Virus record (IMG/VR): IMGVR_UViG_3300007346_000025
Location: 1-64,000 of that record
DNA length: 64,000 bases
Strand: one strand, 5' to 3'
Origin: a virus
The translations under genes were made by a program, and so were the position numbers. How positions within the stretch are numbered: the stretch's first letter is position 1; every line of letters starts with the position of its first letter. The notes beneath the pieces are model-generated. The model ran no database searches, was not told the DNA's origin, and saw nothing but the letters and a program-made list of their open reading frames with translations. Shown here piece after piece: positions 1-9,955 of the stretch.

Positions 1-2
1 AT

Positions 3-1004
3 ACTGATAATCCAGTAGCAGGAATTGGTTGTTCTGCAAGTTATGATAATGAAAACAGTATTCTTTATTTTTCTAAAAAAGATTATAAATTAAAAACTGA
101 ATATTCACAATCAATAAGTTATGATAGCAGTATAGATACTTTTATTCATACAGATGAATTTGGATTAAGAACTCCATTTAAAATAGATAGTGATTTTGCA
201 AAAACATATTTTGATGATGCATCTTGGACAGTAAGTTATGATCCTAAGATGCAATACTTTATAAGTTTCCATGATTGGCATCCTGGTTTATACATCCCAA
301 GTAAAGGTAATTTTTCTACTGTACTAAAAAATGGTATCTGGAAACATGGGTATGCATGCAATGACTATTGTAATTTCTATGGTGTACAATATCCATTTGA
401 AATTGAATTACCTTTTATTACCGGTCAAACTGTAACAACATTAAAAGGTGTTGAATACTATTTAGAATGTTATAGAAGAGATGCAAATTATTGTGTGGAT
501 CAATTCCACGTATTAGATTATAACTTTGATAAAGCTGTTGTATATAATTCAGAACAGGTATCTGGATATCTTAATTTAAATATCTTTCCTAAAAACAATG
601 TAACTCTTAGTCAAACTTATCCTAAACTAAATACATCTAACTTACAATCATTTGATATTCTATTTAGTAAAGAAGAGAATAAGTATAGATTTAATCAATT
701 CTGGGATATTACAAAAAATCGTGGAGAATTTCCTATTGGATCAACTTATCCACCAACAGGTCCAGTTATTCCAGGAACTACAGTATTGCAAGGTAACTAT
801 GCTGAAAATAGAATATGGATTACAGAACCTAATGGTTATATTAAACTATTAAATTCAAATGCTGTAGATTATAATAAATCTAATTTACAACGTAAGAAGT
901 TTAGACATTATATTAATTTTTTAACTTTATCTAAAGAAGATTCTAGAAATACTAATATGATTCTAAAAATTATTAATACTAAAAATCAATATTCTCCTAG
1001 ATAA
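3..1004 (+). CDS. Tail stabilization protein (P22 gp10-like, crAss-like), 5'-truncated
   Basis: Frame is open from nt 3 (TDNPVAGIGC...DASWTVSYDPK) into the 249..1004 ORF. The WTVSYDP..FISFHDW.P segment resembles crAss-like stabilization protein C-termini, and the gene precedes the cargo genes. Confidence 0.65.
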   Translation, partial: TDNPVAGIGCSASYDNENSILYFSKKDYKLKTEYSQSISYDSSIDTFIHTDEFGLRTPFKIDSDFAKTYFDDASWTVSYDPKMQYFISFHDWHPGLYIPSKGNFSTVLKNGIWKHGYACNDYCNFYGVQYPFEIELPFITGQTVTTLKGVEYYLECYRRDANYCVDQFHVLDYNFDKAVVYNSEQVSGYLNLNIFPKNNVTLSQTYPKLNTSNLQSFDILFSKEENKYRFNQFWDITKNRGEFPIGSTYPPTGPVIPGTTVLQGNYAENRIWITEPNGYIKLLNSNAVDYNKSNLQRKKFRHYINFLTLSKEDSRNTNMILKIINTKNQYSPR

Positions 1005-4000
1005 TGAAAAAAGTTAAAGTAGGAAAGTCTAAGATTCATGGTAATGGTTTATTTGCAAATGAACCAATTAAAAGAGGTGATGTAATTGAGTTGGTACATA
1101 CCATTAGAGAGATTGAGCCAGGTATGATGAAAACAACCCCAACTCTTTTAGGAAGAAATTATAATCACTCTGATGAACCAAATGCATTAAATGTAATTGA
1201 TGGTAATAATAGATATCTTATTGCTTTAAAAGAAATAGAAAAAGGTGGAGAAATTACTACTAACTATAGAAATAATCCAGATCTTGAGCAACCAGATTCA
1301 TTTACTACTAATGATAACTATATTTCATTTGACTATGATGATACTTTAACTACACCAGAGGGATTTAAGTTAGCTCAGCAAATGAATAAGGATGGAAATA
1401 ATCTTTATGTTATTACAGCAAGAGATAAGATTACTCCTGAAATGATTGAAAGAGCAGAAGCTGCAGGTATTCCAAAAGAAAATATTATTGCTGCTGGATC
1501 TGATAAAGAAAAAGTTAGAATCATTAAAGAAAATAATATTAGTAAACATATAGACAACAAAGACTCTGTAATAAAAGAATTGGGAGATAAAGGAGAATTA
1601 TTTTCTCCAGATGCTTATCCGGATTTAAAAGCAGACTTTGTTGAAATGGATTTATCTGAAGAAGATCTAAATAAACTTAAAGAAGGTGGTTTTATTATTG
1701 ATAAATATCCTGGTAAATATAAAAGTTCATATGCAGTTGGTGGTGCAACATCTCCAAAAAATCTAGATCCAGAGCATATGAAAAAATATAAAGAGGGTCT
1801 TAAAATTAATGAGAACTCTATCAAAGCTGGATATAAAAATGGTCTATGGTATCCTCACCATAGTGTAGAAGGTGGTGCTGATACAATTGGATATGGACAT
1901 AAACTTTCTGGATCTAATAATAGTAAGTACTATAAAGGTTTATCAACGGCACAAGTAGAAGATCTACTTGACTCAGATATATTAAAGCATCAAGCTATTG
2001 CTAAAAGTATAGTAGATAAAAAATATGGTGAAGGAACATTTGATAGTCTTCCACAAGATTCACAAATGCTTTTAGTAGACTATGCATATAATGGTGTTCT
2101 AAATCAGTTTCCTACATTTACAAAAGGTGTAGTTGAAGGTGATAAAAACACTATGCTTAAAGAATATAAAAGATACAGTGGAAGTAACCCATTAACTCAA
2201 AGAAATACTTGGACAGAAAATGTAATAAACACTGGAGATTTTAGTATGCCAGTTAATGCACAAGCAAGTGAAGAAAATAGTGGTGGAATACAATCAGCAG
2301 TAAAAAATTATGTTTCTAGTATAGATCTAAATGAATATGCTAAAGGTGGAGATGTATGTCCTGAAGGATATATGAAAGATGAAAATGGTGATTGCATTAG
2401 GATTCAAGATATTCCTGATATAACTGTGACAAATACATATGATGTTAATGGTGGAAAATGGAAAATTAATAATGGTGTTTGGACACAGTTATCAAATGAT
2501 GCTAAAGTAACAAATGCTCACACAAGAGATAGACAATCTGCATATAAGAAAGGTAAATCAGAAAGAGCATTTAGAAATATAACACCTCAAGGATATGGAG
2601 ATCTTCTAAAAAATTTAGAGAGATATAAAAGGTATACAAATAATTTGGGTAGAGATAAAAATGAATTACGTTGGGATATTTCTCCTGAAGGAAAACAAAT
2701 GTATTACAGTATTCCTCGTAGAGATGATATGTTTAGTCTATATTTAGGTTTACCACAGCAAAATAATTCTTTTGTTCCACAATTAATGTATAGACCTACA
2801 AATGAAAAAGATCCAAGTAGTTTATATTATAAGCCTAATTATTGGACAGAAAAAGAAAAACAAGCATTGCTAGATCAGTATTTGCAAATGTCTAAAAATA
2901 ATTATAATAAGAATATTTATAATGAAAGAGATGCAGTATTAAAACCTATTGTAGATAGTTTAAAAAAAGCTGGTGTTCCTGATTGGGATCCACAATACGG
3001 AACAGTATTTGACAATCCTTTAGGAGATTTTACTGTTACAAAAGGTAAAGATGAGTATGGTAATTATATATCTATTTATGATAAAATAGATTTTAATCCC
3101 TTTCAAACAGGTGCAGGTGCATCTATAAATCCTGCAGGTGCAGCATTACAAGCTTATATGCAATTACAGGGTCATAATGTTAATGCAGATACTGAAGCTT
3201 CTTCTCTTTTTGGTGCAGGTAAACCTTATGAAATTTATGATAGAATTTATTATGATCCAAAAACAAAAAAAGTTATAAAGCAAAATAATTTTGATAAAGG
3301 TGGGGAACGTAGAAAGAAAAAATATAAAGAAACGGAGATTCCAGAAGAAGATAAAACCCCATCTAATTACACTGGTGATAAAAAGACTAGAATACAAAAA
3401 GGATATTATGATCCTGAAAATGAGTCTTCTTATATGCTAGAGACACCAGATTTTAGAGTTTATGATCCTAGTTTATGGGGAAAGTATGGTAGAAAGTATG
3501 ATGAATCTCATGACAAACAAGCTTATATTGATAGAAAAAAAAGACAGTACCTTGCATTACATCCTATATTAAATAGAAAGGCTGGTCTTAGTATGGATTA
3601 CTTTCCAGAGAAAGTAGAACAAAACTTTGCAGGTAATTATGATTATGATAAAAATACTCAATTAGTTAAAGATGTTGCTAAAGAAGAAGGTTGGAACCCA
3701 CATAGAAGAGAGTCTTATGTAGATGATCTTACTAAACAAGGACAAAGAATAGTGGGTAATTCTAAATTCGGAAATAAACTTCAAGCAGATTATTGGGCTA
3801 GAAGTTTAGCAGGTTTACAAGAACTTGGAAACTTTCTTATAAAAACAACATTACCTGGAGAACAAGGTGATGTTTTAAAATATAAAATACCAGGACTTAC
3901 AAAAAAAGAACAAAAAGATATTGCAGACTCTAATTTTGGAGCACTTGAGTCTCTTGCTTTTGCAGATATTCCTGGTGCTGTTATTGCAAATGCTGCAAAA

Positions 4001-6478
4001 AATAGAGGACTATCATATGGTTCAGACTATAAAGAATTACCAGGAGTTTTGTCAGGACAAAAAATGCCTAATGTATCAGATCTTGATGCTACAGCACTAA
4101 ATCCATTTACTTGGGCAGGATTAGCAGATCTACCACAAGCAGCTATAAGTTTAGGAAGAGGAGCTGCAAAATTAAGTAAGTCTGGATATACTTTAGGAAA
4201 AGATGCATATGATCTTGGTAAAGATATTTATAGTGCAGGTAGAGGAGATAATTTATATTTTGCTACTTCAGCGGAAGCTCAACTTGCCAGAGACTTAAAA
4301 GAAGCAGGATTATTAGGAGAAAAGGTTGATCCAAAAATATTTGGTAAATATCCTAATCTAGCTCAAACTGCCACTAAGAGAAAGTTAAAAGATTATAATA
4401 CTACATTCAGAGCTGTTGATCCAAATATTGAAAAAGCAGCAACAGAAGATTTAATTGGAATGTATGAAGCAGGTGTTAACATTGAAGATCCTGTAGATGT
4501 TGCAAAATATATGAGCACTCACGTTCCATCTGAACAATACTTCTGGAGAGTAGGTGCAGAAAGTTTAGGTAGCAACCAAGATGCTTTATACACTGCAAAG
4601 TTTCCAAATATAGAAGATGCTTCAACTGGTCTACATAAGTACGGTACATATGTTACTGAAGTAAGACCTCCTATGGATTTTTCAGAAGGAACACCAAGAG
4701 ATTGGTTTAATCAATACTACAGGGATAAGCCTTTTGCTTATGAAAAAGGAATTGAGGAAGGTGCAGGTTGGACCCGGAAACAAGGACCTATTCAGTCAGG
4801 TACTGTTGTTGCACCAGAATTTGCACAATACTGGCCTTATGTTGGAAATAAAGGAGAAAAGGTATTAGAAGCAGTTAGAACTGTACCAACAAAAATGAGT
4901 GCAGAAGCACAAAGACTAAAAGCACTTAGAGACAAAATAGCTGCAAAAAATCTAGAAGATGTTAATGACATTGTTGGTAAAAGGGTAAATGGTGTTACAG
5001 AGTATGTTAGTTCATCTAAAAAATTACCAGGTGTTTCTAATGGAACATTTGCTTATAGAAATCCAACTCCTAGTAAGGTAAGTCCTGCAATTGAATTTAC
5101 AGGACCTATGAAACATTCTTTTGAGGATACTCCTGAAGTATTAACAGCTTTAAGACAAAGAGGTAGTTATTGGGATAATACAGGAATTCCTGGAAAAGAT
5201 CTCTTACATTCAGATATGATTACTTATCATGGAACTTATTCGGGTAGACCTATAGTAGAAGTTAAAATGCCTGATGGTTCTTCTGAGATGTTTTATAAAT
5301 CTTCTGGATGGGCAGGGAAACAAGGATCTGGTGCAAATAATACAACAGAAGGTATGTGGCAAGTATTTGGGGGGCATGCTGATACTCCAAAAACATCTAA
5401 TTGGTTTATTAAAGATTCCGGCTATAAAGATTACTATGGTAGTAAAACTTTTGCTAATATGGCTGAAAATCTGGATAATGCATTAATGCAAAAGTTAAAT
5501 ATTAAATCAGTAGATGAGCTAGATGATGCATTTAATTTTCAAAACAGATTTGGTAATACAGATAGTTTTATACCATCAGATCCAGGTAGGGAATTTGCCT
5601 ATAAAAATATAACTTCTAATAAAGTGCGTCCTACAAATACAGGATTAACTAATGCTGATATAGAAAGAGAGGCTGCTAAAAACATTGAATGGATTACTTC
5701 TCCTGAATATGCAAAAAGAAGAGCTGCTAATACAGGGGAAACTTCAGAAGAAATCCAAAGGAGTATAAATCAGATTATTAAAGATGCTGGTAATGCAAAA
5801 TTTGATTTAAATTCTGATCCACGGATAGCAGACCTCTATGAACGGTCCGGGGTTATGAAAAAGAAAAGATTGTTCCGTCCTGCAAAAGTAGAAGTTTCTG
5901 CTAGTGCTGAACAACCTTTACAAACATTAAGTCATGAAACAAAGCATTTATATTCTCCAGCAGTACATGATAGTAAGAGAGCCTATGATAATTACCCTAC
6001 AATAGGGGATGTCAATGATCCTTATTTTGGTTCAGGTCCTGAACAACAAGTAAGACATTTAAATGCTAGAGAACAAATTTTAGCAGAAAATAATCTTCCA
6101 ATAGATGCTCAACTATCTGAAGAACAAGTAAGAGAATTTGTAGATAAATGGGCAAAAAGAATGAATAAAAATGATTCTAATGTTAAATATCAAGACTATG
6201 ATCAGTTATGGTCAGATGAAGCTGGTAGAATCCAAAAAGAAATGTTAAAAGCAAAATATAATACTGATGATTTAAGTTATATAGGCACTTTACCCTATAT
6301 GCAAAAACTTAGGTTTATGAGTGATTATAAAGATTTACTCACTAGATCTATTACTAATACTTTGAATAAAGCATGGATGACAATTCCTGTAGCTGGAGGA
6401 CTTGAATTAATGAATTCTGAAAGTGTTACACAAAGACATGGTGGATCAATTCATAAACTTAGTAAGTTTATTAATTAA
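1004..6478 (+). CDS. 1824-aa polyvalent virion-associated protein: SET, HAD-like, lysozyme-like, unknown domains and C-terminal zincin
   Basis: SET motifs IHGNGLFA, NHSDEPN, EITTNY; HAD motif FDYDDTL plus ITAR and HIDN; muramidase-like E...DTIGYGHKL; HETKH at 5933-5947. TAATG-coupled to the upstream gene. Confidence 0.75.
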   Translation: MKKVKVGKSKIHGNGLFANEPIKRGDVIELVHTIREIEPGMMKTTPTLLGRNYNHSDEPNALNVIDGNNRYLIALKEIEKGGEITTNYRNNPDLEQPDSFTTNDNYISFDYDDTLTTPEGFKLAQQMNKDGNNLYVITARDKITPEMIERAEAAGIPKENIIAAGSDKEKVRIIKENNISKHIDNKDSVIKELGDKGELFSPDAYPDLKADFVEMDLSEEDLNKLKEGGFIIDKYPGKYKSSYAVGGATSPKNLDPEHMKKYKEGLKINENSIKAGYKNGLWYPHHSVEGGADTIGYGHKLSGSNNSKYYKGLSTAQVEDLLDSDILKHQAIAKSIVDKKYGEGTFDSLPQDSQMLLVDYAYNGVLNQFPTFTKGVVEGDKNTMLKEYKRYSGSNPLTQRNTWTENVINTGDFSMPVNAQASEENSGGIQSAVKNYVSSIDLNEYAKGGDVCPEGYMKDENGDCIRIQDIPDITVTNTYDVNGGKWKINNGVWTQLSNDAKVTNAHTRDRQSAYKKGKSERAFRNITPQGYGDLLKNLERYKRYTNNLGRDKNELRWDISPEGKQMYYSIPRRDDMFSLYLGLPQQNNSFVPQLMYRPTNEKDPSSLYYKPNYWTEKEKQALLDQYLQMSKNNYNKNIYNERDAVLKPIVDSLKKAGVPDWDPQYGTVFDNPLGDFTVTKGKDEYGNYISIYDKIDFNPFQTGAGASINPAGAALQAYMQLQGHNVNADTEASSLFGAGKPYEIYDRIYYDPKTKKVIKQNNFDKGGERRKKKYKETEIPEEDKTPSNYTGDKKTRIQKGYYDPENESSYMLETPDFRVYDPSLWGKYGRKYDESHDKQAYIDRKKRQYLALHPILNRKAGLSMDYFPEKVEQNFAGNYDYDKNTQLVKDVAKEEGWNPHRRESYVDDLTKQGQRIVGNSKFGNKLQADYWARSLAGLQELGNFLIKTTLPGEQGDVLKYKIPGLTKKEQKDIADSNFGALESLAFADIPGAVIANAAKNRGLSYGSDYKELPGVLSGQKMPNVSDLDATALNPFTWAGLADLPQAAISLGRGAAKLSKSGYTLGKDAYDLGKDIYSAGRGDNLYFATSAEAQLARDLKEAGLLGEKVDPKIFGKYPNLAQTATKRKLKDYNTTFRAVDPNIEKAATEDLIGMYEAGVNIEDPVDVAKYMSTHVPSEQYFWRVGAESLGSNQDALYTAKFPNIEDASTGLHKYGTYVTEVRPPMDFSEGTPRDWFNQYYRDKPFAYEKGIEEGAGWTRKQGPIQSGTVVAPEFAQYWPYVGNKGEKVLEAVRTVPTKMSAEAQRLKALRDKIAAKNLEDVNDIVGKRVNGVTEYVSSSKKLPGVSNGTFAYRNPTPSKVSPAIEFTGPMKHSFEDTPEVLTALRQRGSYWDNTGIPGKDLLHSDMITYHGTYSGRPIVEVKMPDGSSEMFYKSSGWAGKQGSGANNTTEGMWQVFGGHADTPKTSNWFIKDSGYKDYYGSKTFANMAENLDNALMQKLNIKSVDELDDAFNFQNRFGNTDSFIPSDPGREFAYKNITSNKVRPTNTGLTNADIEREAAKNIEWITSPEYAKRRAANTGETSEEIQRSINQIIKDAGNAKFDLNSDPRIADLYERSGVMKKKRLFRPAKVEVSASAEQPLQTLSHETKHLYSPAVHDSKRAYDNYPTIGDVNDPYFGSGPEQQVRHLNAREQILAENNLPIDAQLSEEQVREFVDKWAKRMNKNDSNVKYQDYDQLWSDEAGRIQKEMLKAKYNTDDLSYIGTLPYMQKLRFMSDYKDLLTRSITNTLNKAWMTIPVAGGLELMNSESVTQRHGGSIHKLSKFIN
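5048..5638 (+). repeat. Degenerate 45-bp direct repeat pair (5048-5092 and 5594-5638)
   Basis: FAYRNPTPSKVSPAI vs FAYKNITSNKVRPTN; 34/45 nt identical by manual alignment. Confidence 0.75.
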
Positions 6479-6500
6479 AATGAAATTTAGTATATTTAAT
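6454..6500 (+). promoter_or_regulatory. Palindrome TAAACTT-AGT-AAGTTTA plus TTTAGTATATTTA promoter-like motif
   Basis: Palindrome at 6454-6470; G of GTATATT at 6490; ATG at 6515. The same architecture occurs at 12231-12275. Confidence 0.65.
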
Positions 6501-6514
6501 ATATATCCTGTGTA

Positions 6515-9500
6515 ATGAATAAAAAAGTAAGAATATATAATCCTCAGTATGCTCAAGGTGGTATTACTCAACAAGATATACAAAAATATCTAATGATGCA
6601 ACAACAGCAACAACCACAAATTACTGAAAGCAATTTAGTTGACTTAATTTATAATGAGTTAACTTTATTAGGAGATAAAGGTGGTTATGTTGATTCAGGG
6701 TACATTGATGACTTAGCTGAAAAAATAACAGCAATGTACAATCTTGATAATGACTATGTTATGAACTTAGTTACTGAAGTGTACTCAACTATTGCACCTT
6801 CAGAGTTGAAATATCAAAAAGATGTTATCAAAGAAAATTCTCCAAATCCAGAATTAGAAATGCTTGATCAAGAAAATGATGAAGAAAATCTTGAAGAAAA
6901 TATTTCAACTTATGATGATTATTATGGAGATGATATGGAAATGAAATATGGAGGAGTGTCTAGAAAAAAATTTATAAAAAAGTTTATTAAAAAAGCTCAA
7001 GAGGGTTTAGAACAAGAGTCTAATACATCTATAATAGGTAATAATGATATTCCAGATGGTAGAAATGCTTTAGTAAAAGGATTTGAATCTAGTGTTAAAA
7101 ATTCTGTAGTAGAAGCTGTTGCTAAAAATGAATTTGATAAAATGAAACAGCAAAGTTCTTATTTTACAAATGGTGGGTTTTATAATCCTACTAGTTCAGG
7201 TGATGAAGAAGCATATGCTCATCATTTAAATTTAATGGCACAAGCTAATAAAGATATTTTTAATCAACCTGGAATGACTACTGCTAGAGATGGTAGAGAG
7301 CAACGTAGAGCTAATAGGGATCAAAGAAGAGTTGGAAGAGATGTACAAAGAGTACTTAATAATCTTCCCGGGATGTATCCTGGAGGATTTAATGTATATA
7401 CAATGCCTGGACAAATTGTTCCAAATATGAGTCAATTAAGTCAAGGTATGCCGCCATTTACTATTGAAGGTGAGAGAAATATTTTTGGTGGTTTAAAAAG
7501 TTATAGAGCTACATTTGAAGGAGGTTTACCTGTAAACTTTATGGCAGGTATGATGATGCCTAGAACAATGGGAAGAGGAATGAATATGTTATCGTCAATG
7601 TATGGTTATCCATCATCATTCTATAATCAACGAAGTTATACTTATCCTGGTGAAATAATATACGAAGAAGTAAATAAAGAAGCTCTTAAAGAAGTAGATA
7701 AAAGTACACCAAATAATTCTTCAACAGAAGTAAAAGAATCTACAATACCTAGTCCATCTACAACTCCAGTAGTTCCTGGTATTAAGAAAACTAAAAAAAC
7801 TACAGTCCCACAGATAATCCCACAGACAACTCCACCTTATAAACCTGAGATAGATAGAGCAAAGTTTAAAGATGCTCTAGAACCAGATCCAGGAGAAAAT
7901 TATAAAGAGTGGAGAACAGAAGATGGTGGAGTAGGAGTTTCTTATGAAGCTCCCTATAAAACAGGGATGTTCGGTACAACAAAACCAGCAAGATATCAGA
8001 TTATATATAAACCTGATGGCAGTATAGATAAGAAAAAAAGTTTTGTTGCAGTTGTACAGTCAGAAGATTATGGAGGTGTAGTATATGTTCCATGGGATAA
8101 ACAAGGAACATTTTGGTATGATGATGGAGGAATAGTGATGAATACTAATACAAATCCTTTTGGTGAATTACAAAAGTATGTTTATGGTGGTTATGATCCA
8201 TCTGTTGCAGAACTTGACGGAACTAATCTTGTAGATCCATCAGATCCATATACAAGACAATTTTCTAATGGTGGAACAAAAGAAGAATATCAAAAGTATA
8301 TTGATTGGTATAATGAAGATGCTCCAGAAGAAGGAATGCGTAGAGCAGCTCCTCAATCATATGAAGAATGGATGGCAGAAAATCATCCAGAAATTAAACC
8401 TAAGCAAAATATTATTCCAAATTATAATCCTTATAATGCAGCTTTAGCAGCACAATATATGAATCAAGCAATGAACTTAAATAGAGAAATGCCTATGGGA
8501 ACATTAGCAAGATCTATTAATCCCTTCTCAATAAATAGAAGATTAGTTCAAAAAGGTTTGCCTATGATTGCAGGAACTAATATTCCATTTACTGGAGTAT
8601 TTGGTCCTGACACTAGAATATCTGAAATATATACTGAACCAAGAAGATTTGGTAAAGATGCCATACATTATAAATTTATGATTCCTGGTCAAGAAGGTCC
8701 TATGTTAGGAATGGATTGGCAACAACAAGTTCAACAGCAACAACAACAAAATCAACAACAGCAAGAAGGAGTTGTGGATGATTATTCTACTAGAACTAAG
8801 AAAAGAGGTCTTGAGGATGAAAGTCAAATTGCTATAAGACAAGGTGAAGGAGATGTAAGAAGAAGTACAAGAAGAGCAATGCGTCAAGATCCTGATGCTT
8901 TTTATGAAGGAGAACCATTAGAAGGTATGGTTACTCCTACATCTATGGAAGACTACATGGCAAAAATAAATGCTGATAATGCATTTAAAGTATTAGAAGA
9001 AAGGTTAAAAGAGAAAAATATAAAAGAGAAAAATGTAAAACCAAAATCTGAATATAAATCTAAAAGAGCAGCACTCAATGCTGCACTAAAGGGGGAATCA
9101 AGAAAAGACGTTAAAAATTTAGGTAAAGACTTTATTGGTTATAACCAAATACATAAAAATGTTGAAGAGCAAAAAAGAGTTTTTGATGAAATGCGTAAAG
9201 ATAAAACTCCAGAAGGTTTAGAAAAAACTCTTAGATATGGTACTGATATCCTTACACCTAATATGGAGAAAGTTTTAGCTAGAGGAAAATCTATAGAAGA
9301 TTATCAAGCTAATACTTCAAAAAAAGATAAAAGAAAAAATTTCAGAGAATTTAAAAAAGAAGCTAGAAATAGAGCAGAGGGTGGTTTTGTTCCAGACTAT
9401 ATGGCTTATGGTGGTACACCTATGTATCCTGATGGTGGATTTGTATATAACAATCCTGTAGATAATAGAGATAATACTGTAATGGGTGAAGACTTCTTTA

Positions 9501-9955
9501 CTGTAAATACAAATAATAATAATATTCCAGATTATCTTGAATGGCAATCAACACCTCAACAAGAAGTTGATGTAACATATCAGCAAAAAAATAAACTTAA
9601 TTTTCAACCTAGAGGTTTAATGCCTTTCCTTGGTAATATTGCAAGGAATACTAGAAATGCATTAGATGCTAGTATGATAGATAAGTTTAATACTCAAAAT
9701 ATGATGTCTTCTAATGGTAGAGTAGCTCCAACAGAAATGCTTTCTCAAGGTAGATATGATATTAATACTGGTAGAGAAATTGATAAAGGTTTTGAAGGTA
9801 TAATTGGAGCTGGACTTACTCAACAAACTTACTCTAAATTTGGTGGACAATTAAACTATGAAGAAGGTGGGGAATATGACCTTACAGAAGAAGAAATCCA
9901 AGCACTCATTGATGCCGGTGTAGATATTACTTTATTAGAAGATTATGAAGATTAG
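6515..9955 (+). CDS. 1146-aa low-complexity (Q/M/G/P-rich) putative virion cargo protein with many xxxGG motifs
   Basis: Long ORF in the structural block; poly-Q tracts; about 10 GG motifs such as YAQGG, FTNGG, YDDGG, FSNGG, YPDGG, YEEGG. Confidence 0.6.
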   Translation: MNKKVRIYNPQYAQGGITQQDIQKYLMMQQQQQPQITESNLVDLIYNELTLLGDKGGYVDSGYIDDLAEKITAMYNLDNDYVMNLVTEVYSTIAPSELKYQKDVIKENSPNPELEMLDQENDEENLEENISTYDDYYGDDMEMKYGGVSRKKFIKKFIKKAQEGLEQESNTSIIGNNDIPDGRNALVKGFESSVKNSVVEAVAKNEFDKMKQQSSYFTNGGFYNPTSSGDEEAYAHHLNLMAQANKDIFNQPGMTTARDGREQRRANRDQRRVGRDVQRVLNNLPGMYPGGFNVYTMPGQIVPNMSQLSQGMPPFTIEGERNIFGGLKSYRATFEGGLPVNFMAGMMMPRTMGRGMNMLSSMYGYPSSFYNQRSYTYPGEIIYEEVNKEALKEVDKSTPNNSSTEVKESTIPSPSTTPVVPGIKKTKKTTVPQIIPQTTPPYKPEIDRAKFKDALEPDPGENYKEWRTEDGGVGVSYEAPYKTGMFGTTKPARYQIIYKPDGSIDKKKSFVAVVQSEDYGGVVYVPWDKQGTFWYDDGGIVMNTNTNPFGELQKYVYGGYDPSVAELDGTNLVDPSDPYTRQFSNGGTKEEYQKYIDWYNEDAPEEGMRRAAPQSYEEWMAENHPEIKPKQNIIPNYNPYNAALAAQYMNQAMNLNREMPMGTLARSINPFSINRRLVQKGLPMIAGTNIPFTGVFGPDTRISEIYTEPRRFGKDAIHYKFMIPGQEGPMLGMDWQQQVQQQQQQNQQQQEGVVDDYSTRTKKRGLEDESQIAIRQGEGDVRRSTRRAMRQDPDAFYEGEPLEGMVTPTSMEDYMAKINADNAFKVLEERLKEKNIKEKNVKPKSEYKSKRAALNAALKGESRKDVKNLGKDFIGYNQIHKNVEEQKRVFDEMRKDKTPEGLEKTLRYGTDILTPNMEKVLARGKSIEDYQANTSKKDKRKNFREFKKEARNRAEGGFVPDYMAYGGTPMYPDGGFVYNNPVDNRDNTVMGEDFFTVNTNNNNIPDYLEWQSTPQQEVDVTYQQKNKLNFQPRGLMPFLGNIARNTRNALDASMIDKFNTQNMMSSNGRVAPTEMLSQGRYDINTGREIDKGFEGIIGAGLTQQTYSKFGGQLNYEEGGEYDLTEEEIQALIDAGVDITLLEDYED

